NCBI GenBank assembly: GCA_040772485.1 | Contig: JAXGYC010000007.1 | Coordinates: 160,001 to 224,000, forward strand | Source: Sedimentisphaerales bacterium | Lineage (GTDB): Bacteria > Planctomycetota > Phycisphaerae > Sedimentisphaerales > Anaerobacaceae | Direction: 5' to 3' | DNA: 64,000 nt | Shown: piece by piece, positions 29,382 through 39,130 of the stretch | Position numbering within the stretch: position 1 is the stretch's first letter | Layout: every line of letters starts with the position of its first letter | Translations under genes and position numbers: made by a program | Notes under the pieces: model-generated | What the model was told of the DNA's origin: nothing | Databases searched by the model: none | Seen by the model: the letters and a program-made list of their open reading frames with translations, nothing else

Positions 29382-29870
29382 ATGGACACGAAGTTCAACG
29401 TATTTGAAGTCCTGCAAATCGCCGAGCAGATCGAGAACAAGGGGGCCCGATTCTATCTCAAGACCGCCCAGCTTTTCAGCGACCCGGAGATTCGAGACAT
29501 TCACTACCGGCTGGCCAACTGGAAGGCCAAGCACGTCAAGATCTGGGCCCGGATGCGGAAACGCTTCTCTGAGAAAACCGGGGAGTTCGGGACGTTCGAT
29601 CCGGACAACTACGTGCTGAGCAACCCCGAGGTGATGGCGGGACTGACGTGGTTCGGCACGAAACAGGATGAGCCGGGCCGGCTGACCGGCAAGGAGACCA
29701 AACAGCAGATTCTCCGCGACGCCGTCCGCCGCGCCAACGAGGTCATCATCTTCTACCAGGGCCTGAAGGACTTCGCCCGCGATCCGGCGACGGAAGAGGT
29801 CATCGACAAGATCCTCCGCGAGCAGACACGTCAGATTCGCCTCCTCAACGAAGAGCTTGCGAAGGCCTGA
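29382..29870 (+). CDS. Ferritin-like / rubrerythrin-family protein
   Basis: FNVFEVLQIAEQIENKGARFY...LANWKAKH...IIFY...IDKILREQTRQI four-helix pattern. Several di-iron ligands appear substituted. Confidence 0.75.
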   Translation: MDTKFNVFEVLQIAEQIENKGARFYLKTAQLFSDPEIRDIHYRLANWKAKHVKIWARMRKRFSEKTGEFGTFDPDNYVLSNPEVMAGLTWFGTKQDEPGRLTGKETKQQILRDAVRRANEVIIFYQGLKDFARDPATEEVIDKILREQTRQIRLLNEELAKA

Positions 29871-29910
29871 CCGCAACGCCGCTCGTCGTCACCAGATCAT
29901 CGAGGACCGC

Positions 29911-31170
29911 TCACGAGGCGCTCGGCATCTCGGCCGGACTGAGGTCTCCCGCCAGGAGCTTGCCGATGGGTCTGAGCGTGTCGTACTGCATCAGGAAGAT
30001 CCGCAACGCCGCCGTGATGGGCGCCGCCAGAAACATGCCCACGATCCCCCAGAGAAGCCCCCAGAACGACAGCGCCAGGATGACGGTCACCGGATGCAGG
30101 TTCAGACCCTCGCCCTGGAGCTTCGGCTCGATGATATTGCCAAGGATATTCTGAACGGCGCCGGGCCCTATCACCACCAGAACGATGAGCCAGGGGGAGG
30201 ACTGGAACTGCACCACCGCGATGGGTATGGGCAGCAGAGTGGCGATGATCGATCCAATCGATGGAATGAAGTTGAGCAGGAAGGCCAGGATGCCGAAGGC
30301 GCCGGCCAGTTCCAGGCCCACAAGGGTCAGGATCGCCCAGACCAGCAGGCCGGTGATGGTGGAGACCACCAGCTTGATGCCCACGTATCGTCGGATCTTC
30401 TGCACCACCTCGGTGTAGACGGGCGAATGATGGCTGTAAGGATCGCGCCCCATCAGCAGGAAGATCACGAAGATGACGACGAAGAACATGCTGGAGATCA
30501 GACCGAGGATCGTTCCAAACGCATTGGTCACGATATTGAAGATGTAGTTCCTCATATCCACGACGATCCGCTTGGTGTCGATGCGCAGTCCCTTGCTGGC
30601 CAGGCCGCCCGGAGGGATGACCTGATTGGGATCGATCAGGCCGTTGGCATCGGTCACGAAGTCGTCCGTCTGGGGTCGCGTCCCCAGAGTCGCCTGCTCG
30701 CCGGCGTCCTGTACAATGGGAAACAGCACCAGCGGCTCCGGTTCCGGAGGGGCCGGCGCCGGCAACGGCGGTCCCACATTGTTCGGCGCCGCCGGCGGCT
30801 GTTGCTCCTCCTCGTGATAGAGGTATTCGATCGGTTCGAGGATCTTGTCGGCCATGTAGGCGAAGCTGGCACTGTACTCGTTGGCGGTTGAAACGATGAT
30901 CGTCGTCGCCTGGGCAATCAGAAGAAACACCAGCACGATCACCGCCATCACGACGAGCAACGTCACCAGGATCGCGATGACGCGGGGCAGCCGGAGCCGC
31001 TTGACCTGGAAATCCTCGACGGGGCTGACCAGCGCGACGATGAACAGCGCGACAACGAAGGGAACCATCACCGCACGAGTGTAGACCAGCGCCGCTGCCA
31101 GCGCCACCGCCGCCAAGACCACCAGGGACGCTGTTGTCAGCCACGTCTGTTCTTGTCGCTCACGCAGCAT
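29911..31170 (-). CDS. AI-2E family transporter
   Basis: AFLLNFIPSIGS, NIIEPKLQGEGLNLHP, FWGLLWGIVGMFLAAP. Confidence 0.92.
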   Translation of the reverse strand: MLRERQEQTWLTTASLVVLAAVALAAALVYTRAVMVPFVVALFIVALVSPVEDFQVKRLRLPRVIAILVTLLVVMAVIVLVFLLIAQATTIIVSTANEYSASFAYMADKILEPIEYLYHEEEQQPPAAPNNVGPPLPAPAPPEPEPLVLFPIVQDAGEQATLGTRPQTDDFVTDANGLIDPNQVIPPGGLASKGLRIDTKRIVVDMRNYIFNIVTNAFGTILGLISSMFFVVIFVIFLLMGRDPYSHHSPVYTEVVQKIRRYVGIKLVVSTITGLLVWAILTLVGLELAGAFGILAFLLNFIPSIGSIIATLLPIPIAVVQFQSSPWLIVLVVIGPGAVQNILGNIIEPKLQGEGLNLHPVTVILALSFWGLLWGIVGMFLAAPITAALRIFLMQYDTLRPIGKLLAGDLSPAEMPSAS

Positions 31171-31220
31171 GGTTTCCTCAAAGCAATCGTCTTGCCCCGC
31201 AGGGCTCGCAGTCATCCGGC

Positions 31221-32180
31221 CTATCGGCAACGCACGAACCGATGCCTGTCGATCTGGAGATCAGGCAGGCGCCTTGCCAGATCCTCCAGGAACCGCAACC
31301 CATCGGTCCAATAGCCGGCCGTGGGTTTCAGATCCGAACTCATCGACACAAAATAGGCGTTCATGCACTCCATCAGCAACTCCCGGACGTACTTGCTGAC
31401 CATCGACGCCAGCGACACCGGCAGGTGCCGCTCGTCGGCTCCGACCTCGAAGCTCAGATGCACGCTCCGGGAACCGCCGCGCAGCACGTAGGCGCTTCGC
31501 CGCTCGTTCTCCTCGACGATCTGTAGTTCCATCGACTCGAAGCTGCGCAGCAGATGCTCCCGATAGTGGACGCGTCCCCCTTGCCTGTCAATCAAAATGT
31601 GGATGTCCTGGTCGGCGAAACGCTTCATCAGGTCCTGCAACAGTCGCGTGGTGGTGAAAAAGAGAACGTGAGACTTGTTCTTCATCTGCTCGATCAGCGT
31701 ATTGTAGTAGGCGACGTCGAGGCAGTAGGTCGACAGGCCCACGAGAGTCGCACGAGCCGCGGCCATGTCGTCTGCGAACACGCCCGATGCGATGCGCAGT
31801 TCGGGTCGATCCGACGGCAGAAGCCGGGATTCAGCCCCGCGATACCACGGGTACTCCGTCACACGCCGCTGGCATTCCGGACACACGAGTTTCAGAAGAT
31901 CGCTCAGACTCGCGGGGACCTGTCCCAGGCTTCGGATCGCGGCAAGAACCGTTCGCTCCAGATGCCCCAATCCCTCGTCACGGTTGTAGGCCTTCTTGCT
32001 GTCGGCGATCAGCAGCCGGGCGCGAAGCTGCTTGCGGGTGTTGCCGACGCTCCTGCGGAGAACCTGCCAGAGGTCCGCTTCGATGTGCTCGGGCGCCACC
32101 GCGAACGCACACGACGAGACCACCAGGGGCCCAAGCAGAGGCCCGAACCCGGCCTCATCGATCCCCGCCAGAATGGTCAT
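31221..32180 (-). CDS. Ribonuclease HII-like protein
   Basis: [35 protein letters not shown] motifs. Longer than canonical RnhB. Confidence 0.75.
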   Translation of the reverse strand: MTILAGIDEAGFGPLLGPLVVSSCAFAVAPEHIEADLWQVLRRSVGNTRKQLRARLLIADSKKAYNRDEGLGHLERTVLAAIRSLGQVPASLSDLLKLVCPECQRRVTEYPWYRGAESRLLPSDRPELRIASGVFADDMAAARATLVGLSTYCLDVAYYNTLIEQMKNKSHVLFFTTTRLLQDLMKRFADQDIHILIDRQGGRVHYREHLLRSFESMELQIVEENERRSAYVLRGGSRSVHLSFEVGADERHLPVSLASMVSKYVRELLMECMNAYFVSMSSDLKPTAGYWTDGLRFLEDLARRLPDLQIDRHRFVRCR

Positions 32181-32394
32181 GCGCGTGCCCTCGCTGCAAT
32201 CGACCGCCCACCGGGCTCATCGGCGTACGCGCCGAGTTCCCGCTGGTGCCGGATTGCGGTTCATAGCAGAAATCCGACGCCCTGTCAATGTCGCCGTCCG
32301 GTCGGCACGCGCAGACGCGCGGATCGGCGTTGCCCGGTCATCGCCGACGTGTTACACTGGCCGGCCGAATGAACCCATCTGCAAGGAGCAGCCT

Positions 32395-32715
32395 ATGGTT
32401 ATCGTGCACGTACATGTCCACGTGAAAGCCGATTGCGTCGAGGCGTTTCGGGCCGCGAGCCTGGAGAATGCCCGCAACAGCGTCAAGGAGCCGGGGGTCG
32501 CGAGATTCGACGTCGTCCAGCAGACCGACGATCCGACGCGTTTCGTCCTCGTGGAGGTCTACCGCACGCCGGACGACCCCGCCAGGCACAAGGAGACCGC
32601 CCACTATCTCAAGTGGCGGGACACCGTTGCGGACATGATGGCGGAGCCTCGAACGGGGATCAAATTCACCAACGTCTTTCCGGACGAGCGCGGCTGGGAC
32701 TCGGCCAACGCCTGA
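32395..32715 (+). CDS. Antibiotic biosynthesis monooxygenase family (LsrG/quinol monooxygenase-like)
   Basis: [21 protein letters not shown]...HKETAHY. RBS AAGGAG. Confidence 0.9.
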   Translation: MVIVHVHVHVKADCVEAFRAASLENARNSVKEPGVARFDVVQQTDDPTRFVLVEVYRTPDDPARHKETAHYLKWRDTVADMMAEPRTGIKFTNVFPDERGWDSANA

Positions 32716-32728
32716 CTGGACAACCGAT

Positions 32729-33886
32729 ATGAGATTCGAATTCGCCACCGCCAACAGAATCCTTTTCGGCCCCGGCGTTGCAGCCGAACTGCCCCAGATT
32801 GTCGCTTCTCTGGGCTCCAGGCCCTTCGTCCTGACGGGCGGCACACCCGAGCGTCATGAGGGTATCCTGAACTCACTTGCCGGAGCCGGCCTGAAACCGG
32901 CGACCTTCGGCGTTGCGGGCGAACCGACGACCGAGACCGCCTCCGCGGCGGTTGCCGCCGCCCGACAGGCACAGGCCGACGTCGTTATCGGGATCGGCGG
33001 AGGCAGCGCGATCGACACGGGCAAGGTCGTCGCCGCCATGCTCACCAACGAGGGGAACATCGAGAACTACCTGGAGGTGGTCGGCCTGGGAAAGACCCTG
33101 AAGAACCACTCGGCCCCGTACATTGCGATCCCCACCACTGCCGGCACCGGCGCGGAGGTCACCCGCAACGCGGTGCTCCTGGTCGCGCAGCATCGGGTCA
33201 AGGTCAGCATGAGAAGCCCGTTCCTGCTGCCGCACGTGGCGCTGGTCGACCCGGCGCTGACGCACTCGATGCCTCCGGAACTGACGGCGGGAACGGGCCT
33301 GGATGCGCTGACCCAACTGGTCGAGGCCTTTGTCTCGAAAAAGGCCAACCCCGTGACGGATGGGATCTGCCGCGAAGGGCTCAAGCGTGCCGCCCGTTCC
33401 CTGCGCCGCGCGTTCGAAGACGGCAGCGATGCATCCGCTCGCGAAGACATGGCGCTGGCCGGGCTCTTCAGCGGGCTGGCCCTGGCCAACGCCGCTCTGG
33501 GAGCCGTGCATGGCTTCGCCGGACCGCTGGGAGGCATGATCGAGGCCCCCCACGGGGTCATCTGCGGCAGGCTCCTGCCCCACGTCATCGCCGCCAACGT
33601 GCAGGCCCTGCGAGACCGAGCCCCTGGCTCGCCCGCCCTGGCCCGATTTGACGAGATCGCGCAAATCGTCACGGGCAACGAGTCGGCCCGTGCGTCGGAC
33701 GGCGTCGCGTGGGTGGAAGACCTCTGCCATGCCCTGGCCCTGCCCGGCCTGCGGCGCTACGGCCTGGCCGAGGCGGACTTCCCGGCGGCTGTCGCCCAAG
33801 CCCGAAAGGCCAGCAGCATGAAGGGCAACCCCATCGAGTTGCAGGACGATGAGCTGACCGCCATCCTGGCCACCGCGACGGACTGA
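32729..33886 (+). CDS. Iron-containing alcohol dehydrogenase
   Basis: GIGGGSAIDTGK, IPTTAGTGAEVT, DALTQLVE, GAVHG, HGVIC. Confidence 0.93.
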   Translation: MRFEFATANRILFGPGVAAELPQIVASLGSRPFVLTGGTPERHEGILNSLAGAGLKPATFGVAGEPTTETASAAVAAARQAQADVVIGIGGGSAIDTGKVVAAMLTNEGNIENYLEVVGLGKTLKNHSAPYIAIPTTAGTGAEVTRNAVLLVAQHRVKVSMRSPFLLPHVALVDPALTHSMPPELTAGTGLDALTQLVEAFVSKKANPVTDGICREGLKRAARSLRRAFEDGSDASAREDMALAGLFSGLALANAALGAVHGFAGPLGGMIEAPHGVICGRLLPHVIAANVQALRDRAPGSPALARFDEIAQIVTGNESARASDGVAWVEDLCHALALPGLRRYGLAEADFPAAVAQARKASSMKGNPIELQDDELTAILATATD

Positions 33887-33891
33887 CGGCC

Positions 33892-36003
33892 TCAGTACTT
33901 GCCTGCCTGCGGCTCCGGGCGGCCCACGTCCTCGAACGGGACCTCGATCTGCTTGCTGCCCACGAACACGACGAGCGTCTTGCGGTTGCGGTGTATGCGA
34001 TCGACAACGCCCTCGCGCCTGAAGGGCAGGACGAAGACACTGTCGCCCCGCCGCAACGTTTCGATGAACTGGGCCTGCCGAACGGCCAGCGGTGTCCCGG
34101 CCGCCACTTCCGTGATACGCACGGCCAGCTCGGAGGCCTTTCCACTCCAGGCTTGGGGCGCATTCTGCATCTCGGCCGTGAAACGGTCGACGAGATCGCG
34201 GACAGCCCGCATCGAGCGCTCGATCTCATGATCCGCCTGCTGCCGAAGGCGTCGCTCCTGCTCGCGAACACGGTTCAGCCTCTCCCGCACGCGTTTGCGG
34301 GCCTCATGGGTCTCGTCGAGCACGCCCTGGGCCTCGGCCCGCTTGCGTTCGGCATCCTCGCGGGTCGCCTGGACCTGGTTGATCAGCTCGGAGGTCCCAT
34401 CGGATTCCTGATCGAGCTGTGTCTCCGCCTGTTCGAGCACCGTTTTGGGCATTCCCAATCGCCTGGCGATGACCAGCGCGTTGCTGCTGCCCGGCGTACC
34501 GATCAAGAGGTGGTACGTCGGCCGCAGCGTCTCGCTGTCGAATTGGACCGAAGCATTCTCGGCGCGGGGCGTCGTATAGGCATAGGTCTTGAGCTGGCCC
34601 AGGTGCGAGGTCGCCACGACCTTGCCGCCTCTCTTCATCAGGCCGTCCAGCACACTCGTTGCCAGGACCGCCCCTTCGATCGGATCGGTTCCGGCGCCGA
34701 GTTCGTCCAGCAGCACCAGGGTTCCGTCGTTGGTCCCGGTGAGGATCTTGACGACCTGGCGCATGTGGGCGGAGAAAGTGCTCAGGCTCTGCTGGATGCT
34801 CTGTTCGTCGCCGATGTCGGCGTAGACCTGCCGGAAAACCGACAAGCTCGATCCGGCGCGGGCCGGGATGTGCATCCCGCTCTGCGCCATCAGGGCCAGC
34901 AGGCCGATGGTCTTGAGCACGACGGTCTTGCCGCCGGTGTTCGGGCCGGTGACCAGCAGCAGATCGAAGTCGTCGCCCAGGCGGACGTCGATCGGCACGA
35001 CTTCGTCGGTCAGTTCTCTGACTTCGCAGCCCTTTTGCCGGGCGGCCCATTGAAGCAACAGCGGGTGGCGGGCCTGACGCAGGTGCAGCCCGCCGTCCGA
35101 GCGGATCTCGGGCGCTGTCATGGCGTACGCGACGCTGAAGCGCGCCTTGGCATAGGTCAGGTCCACCAGGGCCAGCATCCGAACGCTGTCCAGAATCGCC
35201 TCCTGCTGGTCCAGGACGAGCTTGGTCAGATGCCAGAGAATGCGACCGACTTCTTTCTTCTCCTCGAAGAGGGCATCCTCCAACTCGTTGCTCATCTCGA
35301 CCAGCTCATCAGGCTCGACATACAACGTCGCTCCGGTGTTGGAGCGGTCGAGCACAGTACCTCGCAGGGCATGGCGGTAGTTGGCCTTGACCGCAACGAC
35401 GGGCCGGCCGTGCCGCATGAGGAATTTGTCGTTCTCGAGGGCCCTTCGCAATTGCGCCGATGCAACGATTTCAGCGAATCTCTGGTGGATCTTCTCGCTG
35501 AGCAGCCCAATCGTTCGCCGGATTTCCTTGAGTTTCTCGCTGGCATTGTCGCGGACACGCTTGTCGCCGCCCACGCATCGGCCGATCTCATCGACCAGTG
35601 CCGTGAATTCACCGAGCTTCTCGCCCATCGCGCACAGGTGCCGGCTTTCGGACGGCTCCAGATTCATCAGGAAGACCCTGAGCCTGCCGCTGGCTGCGAG
35701 CGTGTCGGCGATCTCCAGAAGCTGCTCCGGCTCGAAGACGGTCTCCTTCTTGCCGAACTGCTTGAGGACCGCCCGGATATCGCGCAGCCCCGCCATGGGA
35801 ACCCGCTCGCCTCGATCCAGCACGGCGCGAAGCTCGGTGGTCTCGGCCATCCGCATCCGCGCCCACCGCAAGTCCACAGACGGATACAGGCTCGCGGCGG
35901 CGTCCCGGCCCAGGTCGCTGGCCGCGAACGAGCCCAAGGCAACCCGCACCGCGTCAAACTCCAGGACGCTGAGGCTGTGTTCATCGATCTGTTTGCGAGC
36001 CAT
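33892..36003 (-). CDS. mutS2: MutS2 family ATPase lacking the C-terminal Smr domain
   Basis: LEF N-terminus, SNTGATLYVEP, TGPNTGGKT, DIGDEQSIQQSLSTFS, DELGAGTDP, GTPGSSNAL. Ends after a KOW-like segment. Confidence 0.9.
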   Translation of the reverse strand: MARKQIDEHSLSVLEFDAVRVALGSFAASDLGRDAAASLYPSVDLRWARMRMAETTELRAVLDRGERVPMAGLRDIRAVLKQFGKKETVFEPEQLLEIADTLAASGRLRVFLMNLEPSESRHLCAMGEKLGEFTALVDEIGRCVGGDKRVRDNASEKLKEIRRTIGLLSEKIHQRFAEIVASAQLRRALENDKFLMRHGRPVVAVKANYRHALRGTVLDRSNTGATLYVEPDELVEMSNELEDALFEEKKEVGRILWHLTKLVLDQQEAILDSVRMLALVDLTYAKARFSVAYAMTAPEIRSDGGLHLRQARHPLLLQWAARQKGCEVRELTDEVVPIDVRLGDDFDLLLVTGPNTGGKTVVLKTIGLLALMAQSGMHIPARAGSSLSVFRQVYADIGDEQSIQQSLSTFSAHMRQVVKILTGTNDGTLVLLDELGAGTDPIEGAVLATSVLDGLMKRGGKVVATSHLGQLKTYAYTTPRAENASVQFDSETLRPTYHLLIGTPGSSNALVIARRLGMPKTVLEQAETQLDQESDGTSELINQVQATREDAERKRAEAQGVLDETHEARKRVRERLNRVREQERRLRQQADHEIERSMRAVRDLVDRFTAEMQNAPQAWSGKASELAVRITEVAAGTPLAVRQAQFIETLRRGDSVFVLPFRREGVVDRIHRNRKTLVVFVGSKQIEVPFEDVGRPEPQAGKY

Positions 36004-36022
36004 TCCTGCCCGATTCTCCCCG

Positions 36023-36514
36023 CTACGCCACGCCGAGCTTGTCACGCAAGACGTGGAGGTTGACAACGTCCTCTCGATTGTACTCCAACAGCGTCCTCAG
36101 GGCTCGCGCATTGGCGTTGTTGACGTAGTCCCACCACAGGCGCACCGCCATGAAACCGTCCACATCCGTCAGCCGTCGGTGGATGCCCAGCCGCGTCTCC
36201 ACCACCTTGAGCCCCCCTTTGAGATTCTGACGCCAGCAGGCGTACATCAGATCGGTGTGCCGCAAGCCGGTCTTGAGGTCCAGGCCCAGCTTGCGCTTGA
36301 TGAACGGCAGATCGAAGCGGCTTCCGTTGTAAGTGTAGACTTCGTCGGCCCCTTGCAGCAGTGAGAGTACGCCTTGCGCGACGATGCGCTCGCCGACAAG
36401 CTGCCCGACTCGACATCGCGCACCTCTAAACTTCGCCACGCCGACTACGGTTAGATCGCAGTTGTCCCAGCTCAGGCCCGTGGTTTCGATGTCCAGGTAG
36501 GCGTAGCACTTCAG
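36023..36514 (-). CDS. RNase H-like (YprB/RNase_H_2, DEDD-type) exonuclease
   Basis: YLDIETTG, TYNGSRFDLPF, GGLKVVE, YNREDV. Start uncertain: CTG at 36514 proposed, frame open to 36607. Confidence 0.85.
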   Translation of the reverse strand: MKCYAYLDIETTGLSWDNCDLTVVGVAKFRGARCRVGQLVGERIVAQGVLSLLQGADEVYTYNGSRFDLPFIKRKLGLDLKTGLRHTDLMYACWRQNLKGGLKVVETRLGIHRRLTDVDGFMAVRLWWDYVNNANARALRTLLEYNREDVVNLHVLRDKLGVA

Positions 36515-36530
36515 GCCCGTGCGGGCGGTC

Positions 36531-37076
36531 TCAAGAGGTCGGCTTCGTCCTGCCGGACAAGATATCGACGTATTCGTCACAGAACTCCTTCCTGTCACAT
36601 TTCGCACAATGATCCCCGCGCCAGATCCGGTCGAACTGCTCCATCACCTGTTCGACGATGCCGGCGTCCGTGGTTACGATGCCCGATTCGAAATTCCGTC
36701 GTCTCGGACTCTTGGCGCCGAGACCGGCGCCGGTGAGGTTGGCGCTGCCTGTGTAGGCGAACTGCCCGTCGACAACGACGCATTTGAGATGGACCCTCGG
36801 GCAGAGCATTCGTTCCAGCCCGCCGATCAGATTGGGATAGCGGTCGAAGTCTCTGCGAAACCGGGGTCCCGGCTCCTTGGCGTGGAGCAGGCGAATCTCG
36901 ACGTTCCGCGCGATCAGGTCCGAAAGCACCTCCAGGAAGGGCGCCATTCGCCCGTTCTTCTCGACGTACAAATCCTTCAGGTCGGCGGTAGCGAGCCAGA
37001 GTTGGCGTCTGGCTCCGATAACCGCCGTACATATCACTTGCTCGTGAATCTGTCTATCTGTGATGAACTTGACCAT
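36531..37076 (-). CDS. Single-domain phospholipase D-family (HKD) protein, putative nuclease
   Basis: HLKCVVVDGQFAYTGSANLT, RNFESG, C-terminal CAKC...C cluster, no signal peptide. Confidence 0.85.
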   Translation of the reverse strand: MVKFITDRQIHEQVICTAVIGARRQLWLATADLKDLYVEKNGRMAPFLEVLSDLIARNVEIRLLHAKEPGPRFRRDFDRYPNLIGGLERMLCPRVHLKCVVVDGQFAYTGSANLTGAGLGAKSPRRRNFESGIVTTDAGIVEQVMEQFDRIWRGDHCAKCDRKEFCDEYVDILSGRTKPTS

Positions 37077-37344
37077 CGCCTCTGTGTCCACTGGATCCAC
37101 AGGAAAGTCAGCAGCGCGGAGAGTCTAACCGTTCAGGCGCCGATTGACAACCTTCGCCTGCCATATGCGGACCCTGCGGCAGAGACATCAAGCCATCGGC
37201 GAGAAAATCTGCTGCTGCGCAGGATTTGGATTTTGTGAAAGTTGTCTCATACTTTATTCAGGAGACCGTGCAATGCTGAAGTCTCTGGCTCGACGTAGTG
37301 CTGAAAAGACCGGAGGCGGTAGACGCAGATGAAGGGAGCACAAC

Positions 37345-37704
37345 ATGGCTGTGGTGCAAGTGTCTGAGCAGATTCTCCTGATTGTTCTGTCTCGGGAATC
37401 CCGCTGTGGCAACGAACTGGACATCGCCGCAGGCATGGCTGACACAAGGCCGAGCCGGCACGTCATCGTCGACTTTTCGGCGACCCAGGTTCTGACGTCC
37501 GGGATGCTCTCCCAACTACTGGTCCTGGACAGACAACTCGGCGCCTTCGGGAAGGACCTCATTCTCTGCTCTGTTCCCCCCAGTATCATGAGGGTGTTCA
37601 AGTGCGTGGGATTGCAGAGCCTGTTTCGGTTTGCCGCCGACCGAACGGCTGCGCTGGAATCTCTCGGAGCGGCGTGTGACGACGCTGCGAGACCTCGCGT
37701 GTAG
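37345..37704 (+). CDS. STAS domain protein (anti-sigma factor antagonist)
   Basis: VIVDFSATQVLTSGMLSQLL...LILCSVPPSIMRVFKCVGL. RBS GGGAG. Confidence 0.85.
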   Translation: MAVVQVSEQILLIVLSRESRCGNELDIAAGMADTRPSRHVIVDFSATQVLTSGMLSQLLVLDRQLGAFGKDLILCSVPPSIMRVFKCVGLQSLFRFAADRTAALESLGAACDDAARPRV

Positions 37705-37710
37705 ATGGCG

Positions 37711-39063
37711 TCATCTCGACAGCCATTTCTGCATGATCTCGTCGAGCGAGTCGGGAAGAATCCCCAGCATCCAGGCCAGGTCGACCACGGTGAAGCGCTT
37801 GCGAATCTCGTGCATGTGCAGGGCCGCCTCGCGAAGCTGTTCCCTGGAACATCCGATCTCTTCCGGTGACGTGGGGCCTCCGGCTCGCTCCAGCCAGTCC
37901 CGAATGGTCCGCGGCGAACGCGGCAGGCCGGCCAGATGGCTCCTGAGCCGGTCCCAGCCATCCGCCTGCGTCAAATGCTGCCGAACCGCATCCAGGCTGG
38001 CTTTCTTGGCCTCGTATTGCCTGGCGACCGCTTCGACCACCGGGCCGGTCCCCCAGAAACGCTTATCGACCTCTGGTGGCAAGGCACACAGCCTGGGGGT
38101 CTGGATCGCGAGAATCCTCTCGTAGAGCGCTGCGGACAGCAGTGTGCCGACGCCAACCTGCCGCCCATGCAGATCATGCCCGTGACCTCGGGCCATGGCA
38201 ATCATATCCAGGGTGTGGCTGAGCAGATGCTCGCCCCCGCTGGCGGGGACGCTGGTCCCCATGAGTGTCATCGCCACGCCGCTCCAGAACAACGCCGCGA
38301 AGAGCCCTCCCACAGCCGACGCATCGCGTTCGCGAATGCCTTCGGGCCGCGTCAAGTACAGTGGCTCCAGATCACCTGCAATGCTCGCGCAGAAATCGCA
38401 GTAGTATTCACCGAGCAGCAGGCGATTCATCCACCAGTCGCTATTACTCTGATGCTTGGCTATCGTGTCGCCGAACCCGGCGGAGATCATCTCCTGTGGG
38501 GCGCCCGCGATGACGTCCGGCTCGGCGATCACCGCCACGGGCGGTCGGGCTTCGATCAGGATCTTGACCCCACCAACCGTGGGCGCGACGTTGGCCGCCG
38601 CGTATCCGTTCATAGACGCCGCCGTTGCGACAACGGCATAGGGGATTCCCAACTCGAACGAGGTCCACTTGCACAGATCGTTCACCACGCCGCTGCCGAC
38701 GCCGACGACCATCCCCGGCCCGGCCCCGCGCAGCCGGGCGAGCAAGACGCCGAAGGTCGCATCATCACAGGTCGGCGTGCCGTGCTCACCGTCGGCGACA
38801 ATCACCTCGACCGCATCGAATTGCGCCCGCTCGAGCGCCGCAAAAGCCCGCCGACCACAGACCTCCCACGTCCGAGCATCCGCCACGACAGCGACGCGCA
38901 GCGAGGACGCGAGATCTGTGCAGTCGCGCACGATTCCGGGCAACTGCTCCACGCCTGTGCTATCGTAGACGAATTTGCGCACCGCAAGGCGGTGCGCTTT
39001 CCCACACTCACACTCAAATGTCGTACCCAGCAACTGCGACAGCTTCACTTCGATCCGCTCCAA
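37711..39063 (-). CDS. sn-glycerol-1-phosphate dehydrogenase (AraM/EgsA family)
   Basis: CECGKAH N-terminus, GSGVVNDLCK, TAASMNGY, GFGD, ASGGEHLLSH, HGRQVGVG. Confidence 0.88.
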   Translation of the reverse strand: MERIEVKLSQLLGTTFECECGKAHRLAVRKFVYDSTGVEQLPGIVRDCTDLASSLRVAVVADARTWEVCGRRAFAALERAQFDAVEVIVADGEHGTPTCDDATFGVLLARLRGAGPGMVVGVGSGVVNDLCKWTSFELGIPYAVVATAASMNGYAAANVAPTVGGVKILIEARPPVAVIAEPDVIAGAPQEMISAGFGDTIAKHQSNSDWWMNRLLLGEYYCDFCASIAGDLEPLYLTRPEGIRERDASAVGGLFAALFWSGVAMTLMGTSVPASGGEHLLSHTLDMIAMARGHGHDLHGRQVGVGTLLSAALYERILAIQTPRLCALPPEVDKRFWGTGPVVEAVARQYEAKKASLDAVRQHLTQADGWDRLRSHLAGLPRSPRTIRDWLERAGGPTSPEEIGCSREQLREAALHMHEIRKRFTVVDLAWMLGILPDSLDEIMQKWLSR

Positions 39064-39130
39064 TCAGGAAAACCCGGGCGGCCTGTTGCCGGACACGACC
39101 CCGAACCGGTGCGCCGGCCGGCGGCAACCA

